Assembly: GCA_002788395.1 (NCBI GenBank)
Contig: PFRF01000043.1
Span: 1 to 47,235 of the forward strand
Source: Candidatus Levybacteria bacterium CG_4_9_14_0_2_um_filter_35_21
GTDB taxonomy: Bacteria; Patescibacteriota; Microgenomatia; Levybacterales; UBA12049
Length of the DNA stretch: 47,235 nt
Direction: 5' to 3'
Under the pieces are notes generated by a model. It was not told the origin of the DNA, ran no database searches, and worked only from the letters and a program-made list of their open reading frames with translations. Below, in pieces: positions 35,624-45,282 of this stretch (within the stretch, counting starts at the first letter, position 1; the number at the start of each line of letters is the position of its first letter). The translations under genes were made by a program, and so were the position numbers.

Positions 35624-36850
35624 ATGTCAATTTTCAAAATTTACACCTCCGCTAAGGCTTTGACGGACAAGCAAGATTCAAAATTCAAATTTTTTTCCGC
35701 CGGATATCTCGTATCTGTCATGGCACTTTTTTTTTATAGCTTTACGCAGGTTGATCTTAGCTTAACTCTTTCCAGAGCTTCCATCTATCAATATTTTGAA
35801 AAAGGGTTTCAATATATTGGGTTTTTTAATAGGTCACTTTCTGCCCTTTTTTTTGTCTTAATTCTTTTATTTCTTTTTATTTTTTACGCCTTAATTCTGT
35901 TTGAGGTTAGTAAAAATAAAATAGATAGAAAAAGGCTTTGGACAATTATTTTACTCACCTCGGTTATTCTTACTTTTTCTTATAATGCTTTTTCTTACGA
36001 TTTATTTAATTATATTTTTGACGCAAAAATATTTACTCATTATAATTTAAATCCTTATTTATTTAAACCGCTTGATTTTCCAAAAGATCCGATGCTTTCA
36101 TTTATGCATTGGACACATAGGACTTATCCTTATGGACCTGTATGGCTTGGAATAACGATTCCCTTATCATTTGCCGGACTAAATTATTTTTTGCCAACGT
36201 TTTTTCTTTTTAAAATTTTAGTATCTGCAAGTTTTGTAGGAACAGTTATTTATATTAAAAAAATATTGAATTTAATAAATCCAAAGAAAGCTTTGTTTAA
36301 TGTTACATTCTTTGCTCTTAACCCACTTGTATTATTTGAGGTTTTAGTTTCTTCGCATAACGATATGCCAATGATGTTTTTTGCAATTCTTGCAATTTAT
36401 TTAGCAATAAAAAATAAATGGTCGTTAGGTTTTATAATAATGATATTATCTGCGTTAACAAAACAAGTAACGGCATTTCTAATTATTCCTTTTGTTTTTT
36501 TTCGGGTTCTTACCTACTTTAAGAAAAATTTTTTGATTACTACTTTTATTAAATCTTGTTTACTATTTAGTGTACTTGGCTTTATTTATGTGTTAACAAA
36601 AATAGAAGTTCAACCGTGGTATTTTTTATGGATTTTTATATTTATTCCTTTACTTAATCTTAATAAAACAATTATTATTTTCGTAAACGGTGTAATAATT
36701 GGTCTTTTATTAAGATATTTACCTTTTATTTATTTTGGAAATTGGGATGGAATCGTAATTAATTTAAAATTATATGTTACTTTAGCTGTGCCGATGTTAT
36801 CTTTACTTACGCTTGCAGCAACTAATCTTCTTTGGAAAACTAGGAAATAG
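35624..36850 (+). CDS. Polytopic membrane protein, candidate GT-C (DUF2029/GT87-like) transferase
   Basis: About 11 TM segments. Loop with YDLFNYIFDAKIFTHYNLNPY and HRTYPYGPVW. Family assignment by resemblance only. Confidence 0.5.
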   Translation: MSIFKIYTSAKALTDKQDSKFKFFSAGYLVSVMALFFYSFTQVDLSLTLSRASIYQYFEKGFQYIGFFNRSLSALFFVLILLFLFIFYALILFEVSKNKIDRKRLWTIILLTSVILTFSYNAFSYDLFNYIFDAKIFTHYNLNPYLFKPLDFPKDPMLSFMHWTHRTYPYGPVWLGITIPLSFAGLNYFLPTFFLFKILVSASFVGTVIYIKKILNLINPKKALFNVTFFALNPLVLFEVLVSSHNDMPMMFFAILAIYLAIKNKWSLGFIIMILSALTKQVTAFLIIPFVFFRVLTYFKKNFLITTFIKSCLLFSVLGFIYVLTKIEVQPWYFLWIFIFIPLLNLNKTIIIFVNGVIIGLLLRYLPFIYFGNWDGIVINLKLYVTLAVPMLSLLTLAATNLLWKTRK

Positions 36851-36855
36851 GATTA

Positions 36856-36884
36856 TTGGCTATTTTCATACTTTTATGTATAAT
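36856..36884 (+). promoter_or_regulatory. Sigma70-like promoter TTGGCT-N17-TATAAT, 8 nt before ATG 36893
   Basis: TTGGCT at 36856-36861, TATAAT at 36879-36884. Confidence 0.4.
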
Positions 36885-36892
36885 CTAGCTAT

Positions 36893-38419
36893 ATGGATTT
36901 TCTCCGGAAAAACCGCAACGATATCTTCCTTTTTCTTATAATTACAGTTCTATATTTCTGTATCCGTTTGGTTGCCCTTACTATAATGCCAATCTTTACC
37001 GATGAGGCAATTTATTTAAGATGGGCTCAAATAGCTCTTCACGATTCAAGTTGGAGGTTTATTTCCCTAACAGACGGAAAGCAGCCTCTATTTGTTTGGT
37101 TTGCGATGATTTTTATGAAATTTATTCAGGATCCGTTATTTGCAGGAAGATTAGTTTCTGTTTTTACAGGTTTTTTTACCCTTATCGGTCTTTGGTTTTT
37201 ATCCCTGGAGCTTTTTAAAAGTAAAAAAATATCATTTTTATCATCAATTCTTTATATTTTCTTTCCCTTTGCACAGGTTTACGACAGAATGGCAATGATG
37301 GACAGTATGGTTGGGGCATTTTCTATCTGGGCACTTTATTTCTCCGTATTGCTCGTTAGAAAAGCAAGATTGGAAATTGCATATACACTAGGTTTTATAA
37401 TTGGAGGCGGTATATTAACGAAATCTACAAACTTCTTTAGCATTTATCTTTTACCATTTACACTTTTACTTTTTGATTTTGGAAAAGAGAATTTTAAAAA
37501 AAGGCTTATTAAATGGGTTATTCTTTTTTTCTTCAGTATTTTAATTGCTTATGGACTTTATGGGATTTTACGATTATCTCCACTTTTTAGCATGGTGACT
37601 ACTAAAAACGCTACCTTTGTTTATCCTTTTTCCGAATGGATAAGTCATCCGTTCACTTTCTTTTTAGGAAATTTAAGAGGATTAACGGATTGGCTTATTT
37701 CTTATCTCGGGATAGCATATGCAGCTCTAATTTTAATTTCTTTAATTTTCGTAAAAAAATTCTTTAAGAGTAAAGTTATTTTGCTTATTTATTTTATATT
37801 ACCTTTTACAGCACTTGCCTTGTTTGGAAGAGTAATATTTCCAAGATTTATTTATTTTATGAGCCTCTTTTTACTTCCTCTTGCAGCAGAAGGACTAGAT
37901 ACGGTGCTAACTTTTTCAAAAAAAATTATTAAATATAATAAATATTATAATGTGTCAGGTGTATTAATTATTTTTGTTATAATTTCGTACTCAGCATTAT
38001 CCTGTTACGAATTAATAACAAATCCAAAGCTTGCTCCGATTGCAACAAGCGATAGTAATCAGTATCTAAACAATTGGTCGGCGGGATGGGGCGTTAACGA
38101 TACTGTTAATTTTTTAAAACAAGAAATGAGCAAGGGGAAAATTTTTGTTGGAACAGAAGGGACTTTTGGTCTAATGCCGCTTTCTCTAGAGCTTTATTTG
38201 GTTGATAATAAAAACATCACGATAAAAGGTTACTGGCCAATTAATGAATTTCCAAACGAGGCTTTATCTTATTCAAAAAAGATGCCGGCTTATTTTATTT
38301 TTTATCAGCCACAACATCAAATAATTTCTTCGGAATTTCCCATTAAGTTAATTTACGAAAAAAGAGCGGGGGATAGCAATTATTTTTACCGAATGTATAA
38401 AATAATTCCTAGAAGTTAA
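36893..38419 (+). CDS. GT-C fold glycosyltransferase (ArnT/PMT, GT39-like)
   Basis: First-loop acidic motif PIFTDEAIYLRWAQ, more than 10 TM segments, soluble C-terminal domain. Confidence 0.7.
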   Translation: MDFLRKNRNDIFLFLIITVLYFCIRLVALTIMPIFTDEAIYLRWAQIALHDSSWRFISLTDGKQPLFVWFAMIFMKFIQDPLFAGRLVSVFTGFFTLIGLWFLSLELFKSKKISFLSSILYIFFPFAQVYDRMAMMDSMVGAFSIWALYFSVLLVRKARLEIAYTLGFIIGGGILTKSTNFFSIYLLPFTLLLFDFGKENFKKRLIKWVILFFFSILIAYGLYGILRLSPLFSMVTTKNATFVYPFSEWISHPFTFFLGNLRGLTDWLISYLGIAYAALILISLIFVKKFFKSKVILLIYFILPFTALALFGRVIFPRFIYFMSLFLLPLAAEGLDTVLTFSKKIIKYNKYYNVSGVLIIFVIISYSALSCYELITNPKLAPIATSDSNQYLNNWSAGWGVNDTVNFLKQEMSKGKIFVGTEGTFGLMPLSLELYLVDNKNITIKGYWPINEFPNEALSYSKKMPAYFIFYQPQHQIISSEFPIKLIYEKRAGDSNYFYRMYKIIPRS

Positions 38420-40800
38420 TGATAAAAATCCTGGGGAAATTTTGGCCATATCTGCTAATAATTTCAATTGTTTTACTTTTCTTTGTCCCTATTTTTAAGG
38501 GGCAAATTCCATTTCCCGGAGATTTATTAATAAATGAAAATCCTTATAGATCAGAAAGTTATTTAGGTTTTAATCCCGGGTCGTATCCTAACAAAGCTCA
38601 AGGATCGGATATAATTACGGAGATTTATCCTTGGCGATATTTTTCTATACAACAATTAAAAAATGGAAGCATTCCTTTTTGGAATCCATACAATTTCTCC
38701 GGAAATCCGCAAATTGCAAATTTTCAGACAGCAGTTTTTTATCCGTTAAATATTTTTTATTTTCTCCTCTCTTTTAATATTGCCTGGACAATAATTATTC
38801 TTCTTCAACATATTTTGGCAGGTATTTTTATGTATCTCTTCTTAAAAAAATCTTTAAAATTAGAAAATTCTGCTTCATTTATTGGAGGAGTAGCTTTTGC
38901 ATTTAGTTCATCCATGGTAGTGTGGCTTGAATATGGGAATATTGGACATACTCTTTTATGGCTTCCGTTAGCATTACTTTTTGTTAAAATAATTTATAAA
39001 AACCCAAGTGTTTTTAACTACCTAATGTTTATCCTAATTTTATCTGTCACTATCTTAGCAGGATATATTCAAATTGCATTTTATATTTTTTTAATTTCGA
39101 TAATTTATTTTTTTTATCTTCTAGGTGTTAAAGATTTAAGATTGTTAAATCTTAAAAAAATCTTATTTTTTTTAACGTCTTTTATCTTTCCAATTCTTTT
39201 AACAGCGTATCAATTATTACCGACATACAGTCTTTTTAATGTTTCAACAAGAGAAGCTTATGCCCTTTCTCAGATAGAGAATATGCTTTTACCGATTAAA
39301 TATTGGGTAACGATTTTTGCTTCGGACTTTTATGGAAATCCGGCAACAAGAAATTATTGGATAAACGGAACATATATAGAAAGAACAATGTATCCAGGAA
39401 TAATAATATTATTCTTTGCCCTAATTGCAATTTTTAAATCAAAACATTCCCAAAAATTATTTTTTTTTATTTCTGCTTTTACGGTTTTAATTTTAACAAC
39501 AAACCTTCCCGGTATTAAATATTTATATTTATTGCCACTACCAGTAATTACTACAACGGTTGCAACAAGATCACTTATGATTTTTGTTTTTTGTTTAATT
39601 ATTTTATCTGCGATAGGAATGGACTATTGGTTAAAAAATAAAAATCAAAAATCTCTAATACCCATTTTTTTTATAGGAACATATTCATTGATTTTTTTGA
39701 GTACAATTTTGTTTCCTGCGCTATATGGTGCAAATTTGGAAAATATAAAAATTACCCAGCGTAATTTATTATTGCCGATTTTTTTTACCGGAGTTTCAGT
39801 TGCAATTTTTTATGTAGGTTTTAAATTTAAAAAAATAGCGGTTTTATTAATAACGTTAGTTTTAGTTTTAGATCTCTTTTATTTTTTTAACAAGATAACA
39901 CCTTTCTCTCCAACCTCTTTTACTTATCCAAAGACTCCAATTACGGAATTTATGAAAGACAATGCGGGAATTAATAGGTTTTGGGGTTATGGTTCCGCTT
40001 ATGTAATGCCCAACTTTCAAAGCGTTGACGGTACATATTCTCCGGAAGGAAACGATCCTTTACATATAAAATCTTACGGAGAACTTTTGATAAGTTCAAA
40101 AACAGGTAATTTACCGCGGAATCTTCCACGTCCCGATGCTAACATAGCCCCAGGTTACGGGAATAGTGATTTAAAAGATAATTTTTACAGACAGAGAGTA
40201 TTGAATTTATTAGGTGTTAAGTATGTTTTGCATAAAAATGAGGCGATTGAATCAATAAAACCGGATGTTGCGGTCTTCTCTCCTGATATTTATAAACTTG
40301 TTTGGAACAGATTCCCCTGGCAAATTTATGAGAGCAAAGAAGTTTTACCGAGATACTTTATGCTTAATAAATTCATCGTGGTTAAAAATAAAGAAGCGGC
40401 TTTGTCTAAAATTTATGATAAGAATGTAAATCTAAGAGACTTACTAATTATAGAAGAAAAACCAAATCTGGATATTGATATTTCTTCTAAAAATACAGTT
40501 AAATTGTTATCTTACAAACCAAATGAAATAGTATTGGAAACAAAAAGTACCGGCAATAGCCTACTTTTTATCTCAGATAATTATTATCCTGAATGGAGAG
40601 TTAAAATAGACGGGGTAGGATCAAAATTATTGGTCGCAAATTATAGCTTTAGAGCAGTTGCTGTTCCAAAAGGGGAGCATAAAATTAAATTTAAATATTT
40701 TCCGGAAAAGTTTTATCTTGGATTAAGAATTGCAGTAGCGGGACTATTCTTTTTAGGATTATTTTTATACTTGATTAAAAAATATGAAAACAAAATCTAA
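38419..40800 (+). CDS. YfhO-family membrane glycosyltransferase-like protein
   Basis: 793 aa. N-terminal PFPGDLLINENPY ... IYPWRYF ... PFWNPYNFSGNPQ, many TM segments, C-terminal beta-rich domain and a final TM, as in YfhO proteins. TAATG junction with the upstream gene. Confidence 0.7.
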   Translation: MIKILGKFWPYLLIISIVLLFFVPIFKGQIPFPGDLLINENPYRSESYLGFNPGSYPNKAQGSDIITEIYPWRYFSIQQLKNGSIPFWNPYNFSGNPQIANFQTAVFYPLNIFYFLLSFNIAWTIIILLQHILAGIFMYLFLKKSLKLENSASFIGGVAFAFSSSMVVWLEYGNIGHTLLWLPLALLFVKIIYKNPSVFNYLMFILILSVTILAGYIQIAFYIFLISIIYFFYLLGVKDLRLLNLKKILFFLTSFIFPILLTAYQLLPTYSLFNVSTREAYALSQIENMLLPIKYWVTIFASDFYGNPATRNYWINGTYIERTMYPGIIILFFALIAIFKSKHSQKLFFFISAFTVLILTTNLPGIKYLYLLPLPVITTTVATRSLMIFVFCLIILSAIGMDYWLKNKNQKSLIPIFFIGTYSLIFLSTILFPALYGANLENIKITQRNLLLPIFFTGVSVAIFYVGFKFKKIAVLLITLVLVLDLFYFFNKITPFSPTSFTYPKTPITEFMKDNAGINRFWGYGSAYVMPNFQSVDGTYSPEGNDPLHIKSYGELLISSKTGNLPRNLPRPDANIAPGYGNSDLKDNFYRQRVLNLLGVKYVLHKNEAIESIKPDVAVFSPDIYKLVWNRFPWQIYESKEVLPRYFMLNKFIVVKNKEAALSKIYDKNVNLRDLLIIEEKPNLDIDISSKNTVKLLSYKPNEIVLETKSTGNSLLFISDNYYPEWRVKIDGVGSKLLVANYSFRAVAVPKGEHKIKFKYFPEKFYLGLRIAVAGLFFLGLFLYLIKKYENKI

Positions 40801-42340
40801 TTTATTTTTTCTAATCTTAATAACTATTTTTACAGTTCCTACGATTACCGGTTTACTACACCCCGGGTTTTTTGTAACAGATGACGGCAATTGGATGGTT
40901 ATAAGGTTTTCTGCTTTTTACGAGGCATTAAGATCCGGACAATTTCCTGTTAGATTTTTGTATAGACTTAATAACTCCTACGGATATCCTGTTGCAGACT
41001 TTTTATATCCCCTTTTTATGTATATAGGAGTTTTTATTCATATATTAAAGTTTAATTTTGTAGATACTATTAAAATTATTTTTGGTCTAAGCATGCTTGG
41101 CTCTTCAATCTTTTGTTTTTTGTGGCTTAAAAAGAAATACACCAATATTTCTGCAATGATTGGAACAATTGCATACACTTTTTTTCCATATCATCTTTAT
41201 GATGTTTACGTCAGAGGATCAATAGGAGAGGTTTTAGCGCTTGCAATATTACCGTTTATTTTTTGGCAAATTGAACGAAACAATCTAGTTTTTGCGTCTT
41301 TAGGAATTGCTCTCTTAATTACCGCTCATAATAGCTTGGCGTTATTACTCTTGCCAGTAATTTTTATATACATAGTGCTTTTGCATAGTCAAAGTATCAA
41401 GAAATGGTGCTACTCATTTATTCTTGGGTTTGGGCTTTCTGCATTCTTTTGGGTTCCGGCAATTTACGACAGGCAATATACTTTTTTTGATAAGATTGCA
41501 GTTTCTAATTATTCAAACTATTTTATTACAGAAAAAGATGTCGGACTTATTGGGTTAGTCTCGGTGCTAGCAGTGTTGGTAAGTATAGTTTTATTTTTTA
41601 GAAAAAAAAACATACTATTTGTTTATTTTTTTGTGTTGAGTATTATTTTTACTCTTTTAACGCAGCCTTTTAGTAAAATAATTTGGGATATCTTTCCGTT
41701 CACAAATCTTATTCAATTCCCATTTAGACTTCTTTCTATAGTTTGTTTGGCTGTTGCTGTATTAATTGCTTATCAGATTAATCTTTTAAAAGGAAAAAAA
41801 TTGTTTTTTGTTTCCTTAGTGTATGTTTTAATCATTTTTATTTCTTCGGTAAATTATATTTATCCTAAAAATTTCCAGAATTATCCCGATACTTTTTACT
41901 CCACAAACCTGGATTCCACTACGGTTAAAAATGAATACATGCCAATATGGCTTAAAAATATCCCAATATCCATTGCAAGTAAAAAAGTTAAGATTATTGA
42001 TGGAAAAGGAGAAATTTTAAATCTTGTTAATAATGGTAATTTATCATTTACTGTAAAAACTGATCGGAAAAGTCAGATCTTGATTAATACAATTTATTAT
42101 CCCGGTTTTATAGTAAGAGTAAATGGTTCAAGTACGCCAATAGATTATAAGCAGTTAGGGTTGATTAAATTCCAAGTAGATAAGGGAGAAAATATGGTTG
42201 CGGTTAAATTTACAGAGACCCCAATAAGACTTTTTGCCGATTTTATTTCCTTGATTTTTTTAATTCTCTTACTTGTTCCTCCAATTTTAAAAATTAATAA
42301 TTTACATTCCAATAAGGATAAGTTAAAAACTGCCTTTTAA
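40784..42340 (+). CDS. Polytopic membrane protein (PTPS-related/GT-C-like), paralog of 43094-44575
   Basis: HPGFFVTDDG, GQFPVRFLYRLNNSYGYPVADFLYPLF and FPYHLYDVYVRGSIGE align with the paralog. Family name recalled from memory, not verified. Confidence 0.55.
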   Translation: MKTKSNLFFLILITIFTVPTITGLLHPGFFVTDDGNWMVIRFSAFYEALRSGQFPVRFLYRLNNSYGYPVADFLYPLFMYIGVFIHILKFNFVDTIKIIFGLSMLGSSIFCFLWLKKKYTNISAMIGTIAYTFFPYHLYDVYVRGSIGEVLALAILPFIFWQIERNNLVFASLGIALLITAHNSLALLLLPVIFIYIVLLHSQSIKKWCYSFILGFGLSAFFWVPAIYDRQYTFFDKIAVSNYSNYFITEKDVGLIGLVSVLAVLVSIVLFFRKKNILFVYFFVLSIIFTLLTQPFSKIIWDIFPFTNLIQFPFRLLSIVCLAVAVLIAYQINLLKGKKLFFVSLVYVLIIFISSVNYIYPKNFQNYPDTFYSTNLDSTTVKNEYMPIWLKNIPISIASKKVKIIDGKGEILNLVNNGNLSFTVKTDRKSQILINTIYYPGFIVRVNGSSTPIDYKQLGLIKFQVDKGENMVAVKFTETPIRLFADFISLIFLILLLVPPILKINNLHSNKDKLKTAF

Positions 42341-42414
42341 TTTACTATTATTTTAATAGTATAATCTGACTTTTTGCCCGTAAATATGAATGAGGGAGTA
42401 ACCGTAAATCATAA

Positions 42415-43037
42415 AAAAGAGGCAAGTTTAGGGGGCTAACAACGCTTGGGATAGCTCAGAGGGTTGTAGAGAATAATCCGCATATTTAATTTGTTAATTT
42501 GAGACCATACTGTTATGTTCCCAATCATACTTCGGGTAGTGAAGAAGAAATTTATCCCTTTAGAAGAAAGTCTTTTTTAGGATTACTGCAAAAAGATCTA
42601 GATGATTGGGCTAATACATGCGGACCGGATCATAATATTGCCCTAGATTCAAGCGTTACCATGGGGACGGAAGTAAAAGCCATTTAATATTAGCCGATCT
42701 TGCTCTATCGCACTCGGATGAAAATTTGACAAAAATTAAAGATCAATTTTCAAAAATTATCAAACCTGATTTTGGTGGTGGATTTTTTCTGGAGACTAAT
42801 AGGTCTTACCATTTTGTCGGAAAAAAAACTGTTAGACAGGAAGATTAGACTGCTCTATTAGGAAAAATGTTGATTACAAGCATCGTTACGGTTACGCCGG
42901 AAGACATGCCCAACATTCATGAAGTTATTGTAGATATATAGATATATTGGTCACTCATTGATTAGGGGAACTTTGGGACTGCGCTTAACCACAAAAAAAC
43001 AAAGAAAATGGCTCCACATGTGGTAGGATTCGTTTAA
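42415..43037 (+). pseudogene. Multiply disrupted gene of unrecognised family
   Basis: Protein-like sequence jumps frames. ...RPYCYVPNHTSGSEEEIYPF...DHNIALDSSVTMGTEVKAI* (frame 1), then HLILADLALSHSDENL...GGGFFLETNRSYHFVGKKTVRQED-TAG-TALLGKMLITS...HEVIVDI* (frame 3), then YRYIGHSLIRGTLGLRLTT (frame 1). Also an in-frame TAA at 42487. Confidence 0.5.
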
Positions 43038-43093
43038 AAAATAATAATTCCCCTTTTCTTTTAATTTGATCTTCTTATTTGTATAATACGAAT

Positions 43094-44575
43094 ATGGCAC
43101 TTATTAAAAGAATATCTCCTCTGCTGCTCGTTATTTTATTGTCCATATTTGTAATTGTACCTTTCTTTCAATCCGGGTTTTTTCCGATGCACGACGATAC
43201 TCAGCCGGCAAGGGTTTTTGAAATGGTAAAATCACTTCAGCGTGGAATGTTTCCCGTTAGATGGGTTTTTGATCTTGGGTATGGTGCCGGATATCCAATC
43301 TTTAATTTTTACGCGCCACTTGCGTATTATTTTGGGGCAATATTTATACTAATAGGTTTTGACGTATTAATTGCAACAAAAATAATGATGGTTACGGGAG
43401 TACTGCTATCCGGAATATTTATGTATCTTTTTGCCAAAGATATTTGGGGAAAAATCGGTGGTGTGGTTTCAGCACTTTTTTATATGTATGCGCCGTATCA
43501 CGCAGTAAATATTTTTGTTAGAGGCGCAGTTTCGGAATTTTGGGCATATGCATTTATACCGCTTGTATTTTACTCTCTAGACAAAATTTATAAAAAAGCA
43601 AGCATAGGATTTGCAATTTTAGGCACTTTTTCTTATGTGTCTATTATCTTATCTCATAATCTTACGGCAATGATGATAACTCCGGTAATTTTTGGTCATA
43701 TAATTGCTCTGTCTTTGTTTTCGTTTAATAATAAAAAGAAAATTTATCTATATTTTCTTGTTCCGGTATTTGGAATAATTGCATCTGTCTTTTATTGGTT
43801 ACCGGCTCTAATTGAAATGAAAAACACTAACGTTGCTTCTCAATTTATTGGAGGATCCGATTTTAGAAAAAATTTTGTATGTTTAGAACAACTTTGGAAT
43901 AGTCCTTGGGGATATGGTGGGTCTATCCCTGGCTGTATAGACGGAATGTCGTTTATTTTAGGAAAACCTCAGATAATTGTTATTATACTTTCAACATTAA
44001 TGTTGATTTGGCTATTCTTTAAGAAGGTTAAGGGTAGAAAAATATTACTTACATTATTTACTCTTTTATCTTTTTTTATCTCAACCTTTTTAACATTGGA
44101 AATTTCTCGTCCGGTGTGGGAATTTATTTCTCAAATGTCATATCTTCAATATCCATGGAGATTTCTAAATTTAGCAACGTTTTTTGCTTCAATATTAGCG
44201 GGATTTTTAATTTGGGGGATTCATAAGATATTTAAAAAAAATCAATTACTAGTCCAAATAATTGCTTCATTAGCTTTGTTAATATTTTTACTTTTCTTAA
44301 ATCTTAAATTTTTTACACCTCAAAAAATAATATTAGTTACTTCAAGAGATTACATTAGCGAAACTGCTCTTAAGTGGAAGATTTCTAAGATATCCGATGA
44401 ATACTTGCCTAAAAATTTTTTAAAGCCCAAAACCATGGAAGAAGCTCTGAAAAATAAAAGAGTTTTTTCATTTACCGAAACACCGATCGAGAGGACGTCG
44501 AACATAATCTCTATAGCTGGAATACTAATACTTACAATTGGTATAATTATAAGCAAAAAGAAAGGAATAATCTGA
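43094..44575 (+). CDS. Polytopic membrane protein (PTPS-related/GT-C-like), paralog of 40784-42340
   Basis: SGFFPMHDDT, GMFPVRWVFDLGYGAGYPIFNFYAPLA and APYHAVNIFVRGAVSE. ATG 43094 lies 6 nt after TATAAT (43082-43087). The track start TTG 43079 abuts that TATAAT box. Confidence 0.55.
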   Translation: MALIKRISPLLLVILLSIFVIVPFFQSGFFPMHDDTQPARVFEMVKSLQRGMFPVRWVFDLGYGAGYPIFNFYAPLAYYFGAIFILIGFDVLIATKIMMVTGVLLSGIFMYLFAKDIWGKIGGVVSALFYMYAPYHAVNIFVRGAVSEFWAYAFIPLVFYSLDKIYKKASIGFAILGTFSYVSIILSHNLTAMMITPVIFGHIIALSLFSFNNKKKIYLYFLVPVFGIIASVFYWLPALIEMKNTNVASQFIGGSDFRKNFVCLEQLWNSPWGYGGSIPGCIDGMSFILGKPQIIVIILSTLMLIWLFFKKVKGRKILLTLFTLLSFFISTFLTLEISRPVWEFISQMSYLQYPWRFLNLATFFASILAGFLIWGIHKIFKKNQLLVQIIASLALLIFLLFLNLKFFTPQKIILVTSRDYISETALKWKISKISDEYLPKNFLKPKTMEEALKNKRVFSFTETPIERTSNIISIAGILILTIGIIISKKKGII

Positions 44576-45282
44576 AAAAACTTCCAGAGCTATCAATATT
44601 CTTCCCCTTTTGGAATGAAGAAAAAAATATAGAAGTTGTGGTAAAAAATGCAATTCCCATAGCGGAAAAAGTTGCTTATGAATGGGAAATAATAATTGTT
44701 GATGATGGTTCTTCGGATAACACTTTGAAAAAGGCTTACAAACTTGCAAAGATACATAAAAATATTCGTGTAGTAGCGCATATTCCCAATAGAGGCTACG
44801 GTGCGGCATTAAGGGAAGGGTTTGAAAATGCAAAATATAAATACATTGTTTTTACCGATGGAGATAATCAATTTAATTTTACAGAGGTTTTAAAGTTTAT
44901 AGATAAGATCGAAGATGCGGATATCGTAATAGGTTACAGAGAGAAAAGAAGGGATCATCCTTTTAGGCATTTGTTGATGGCATTATTAAAGATATGGGAT
45001 CTATTTTTCTTTGGATTTTATTTTAGAGATATCGATTGTGGATTTAAAATGTTTAAAAAAGAGTCGCTGAAAAAAATAATGCCTTTTAAATCGGAAGGTG
45101 CCATGATTACTTCGGAAATATTAGCAAGAGCAAAAAAAGCAAAGCTTAAAATAGGTCAGGTTAAGGTTTCTCACTACTCAAGAAAATTTGGAGATCAAAG
45201 TGGAGGAAACATAAGGGTTGTAGTAAGAGCAATAAGAGAAAGTTTTATTCTCTGGAAAGATATTAATTATGGAAGAGCTTAA
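44572..45282 (+). CDS. GT2 glycosyltransferase (start codon unresolved, possibly CTG 44572)
   Basis: The conserved GT2 N-terminus LSIFFPFWNEEKNI lies upstream of the first canonical start (GTG 44638). IIVDDGSSDNT, FTDGDNQF and DCGFKMF are present. Confidence 0.7.
   Translation: MKKLPELSIFFPFWNEEKNIEVVVKNAIPIAEKVAYEWEIIIVDDGSSDNTLKKAYKLAKIHKNIRVVAHIPNRGYGAALREGFENAKYKYIVFTDGDNQFNFTEVLKFIDKIEDADIVIGYREKRRDHPFRHLLMALLKIWDLFFFGFYFRDIDCGFKMFKKESLKKIMPFKSEGAMITSEILARAKKAKLKIGQVKVSHYSRKFGDQSGGNIRVVVRAIRESFILWKDINYGRA

Noticed and set aside
42343-42361. AT-rich hairpin TACTATTA-TTT-TAATAGTA as an intrinsic terminator after gene 40784-42340
   Set aside because: The stem is entirely A/T (weak), and the following T-run is interrupted. 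Possible but not supportable.
42499-42687. 62-aa ORF as an intact gene
   Set aside because: Its sequence continues in other frames on both sides with stops and frame changes. It is better explained as one piece of a pseudogene.
44525-44833. Minus-strand ORFs 44525-44833 and 44593-44781
   Set aside because: They run antisense to the GT2 gene, which has clear DxD-type motifs. No motifs of their own.
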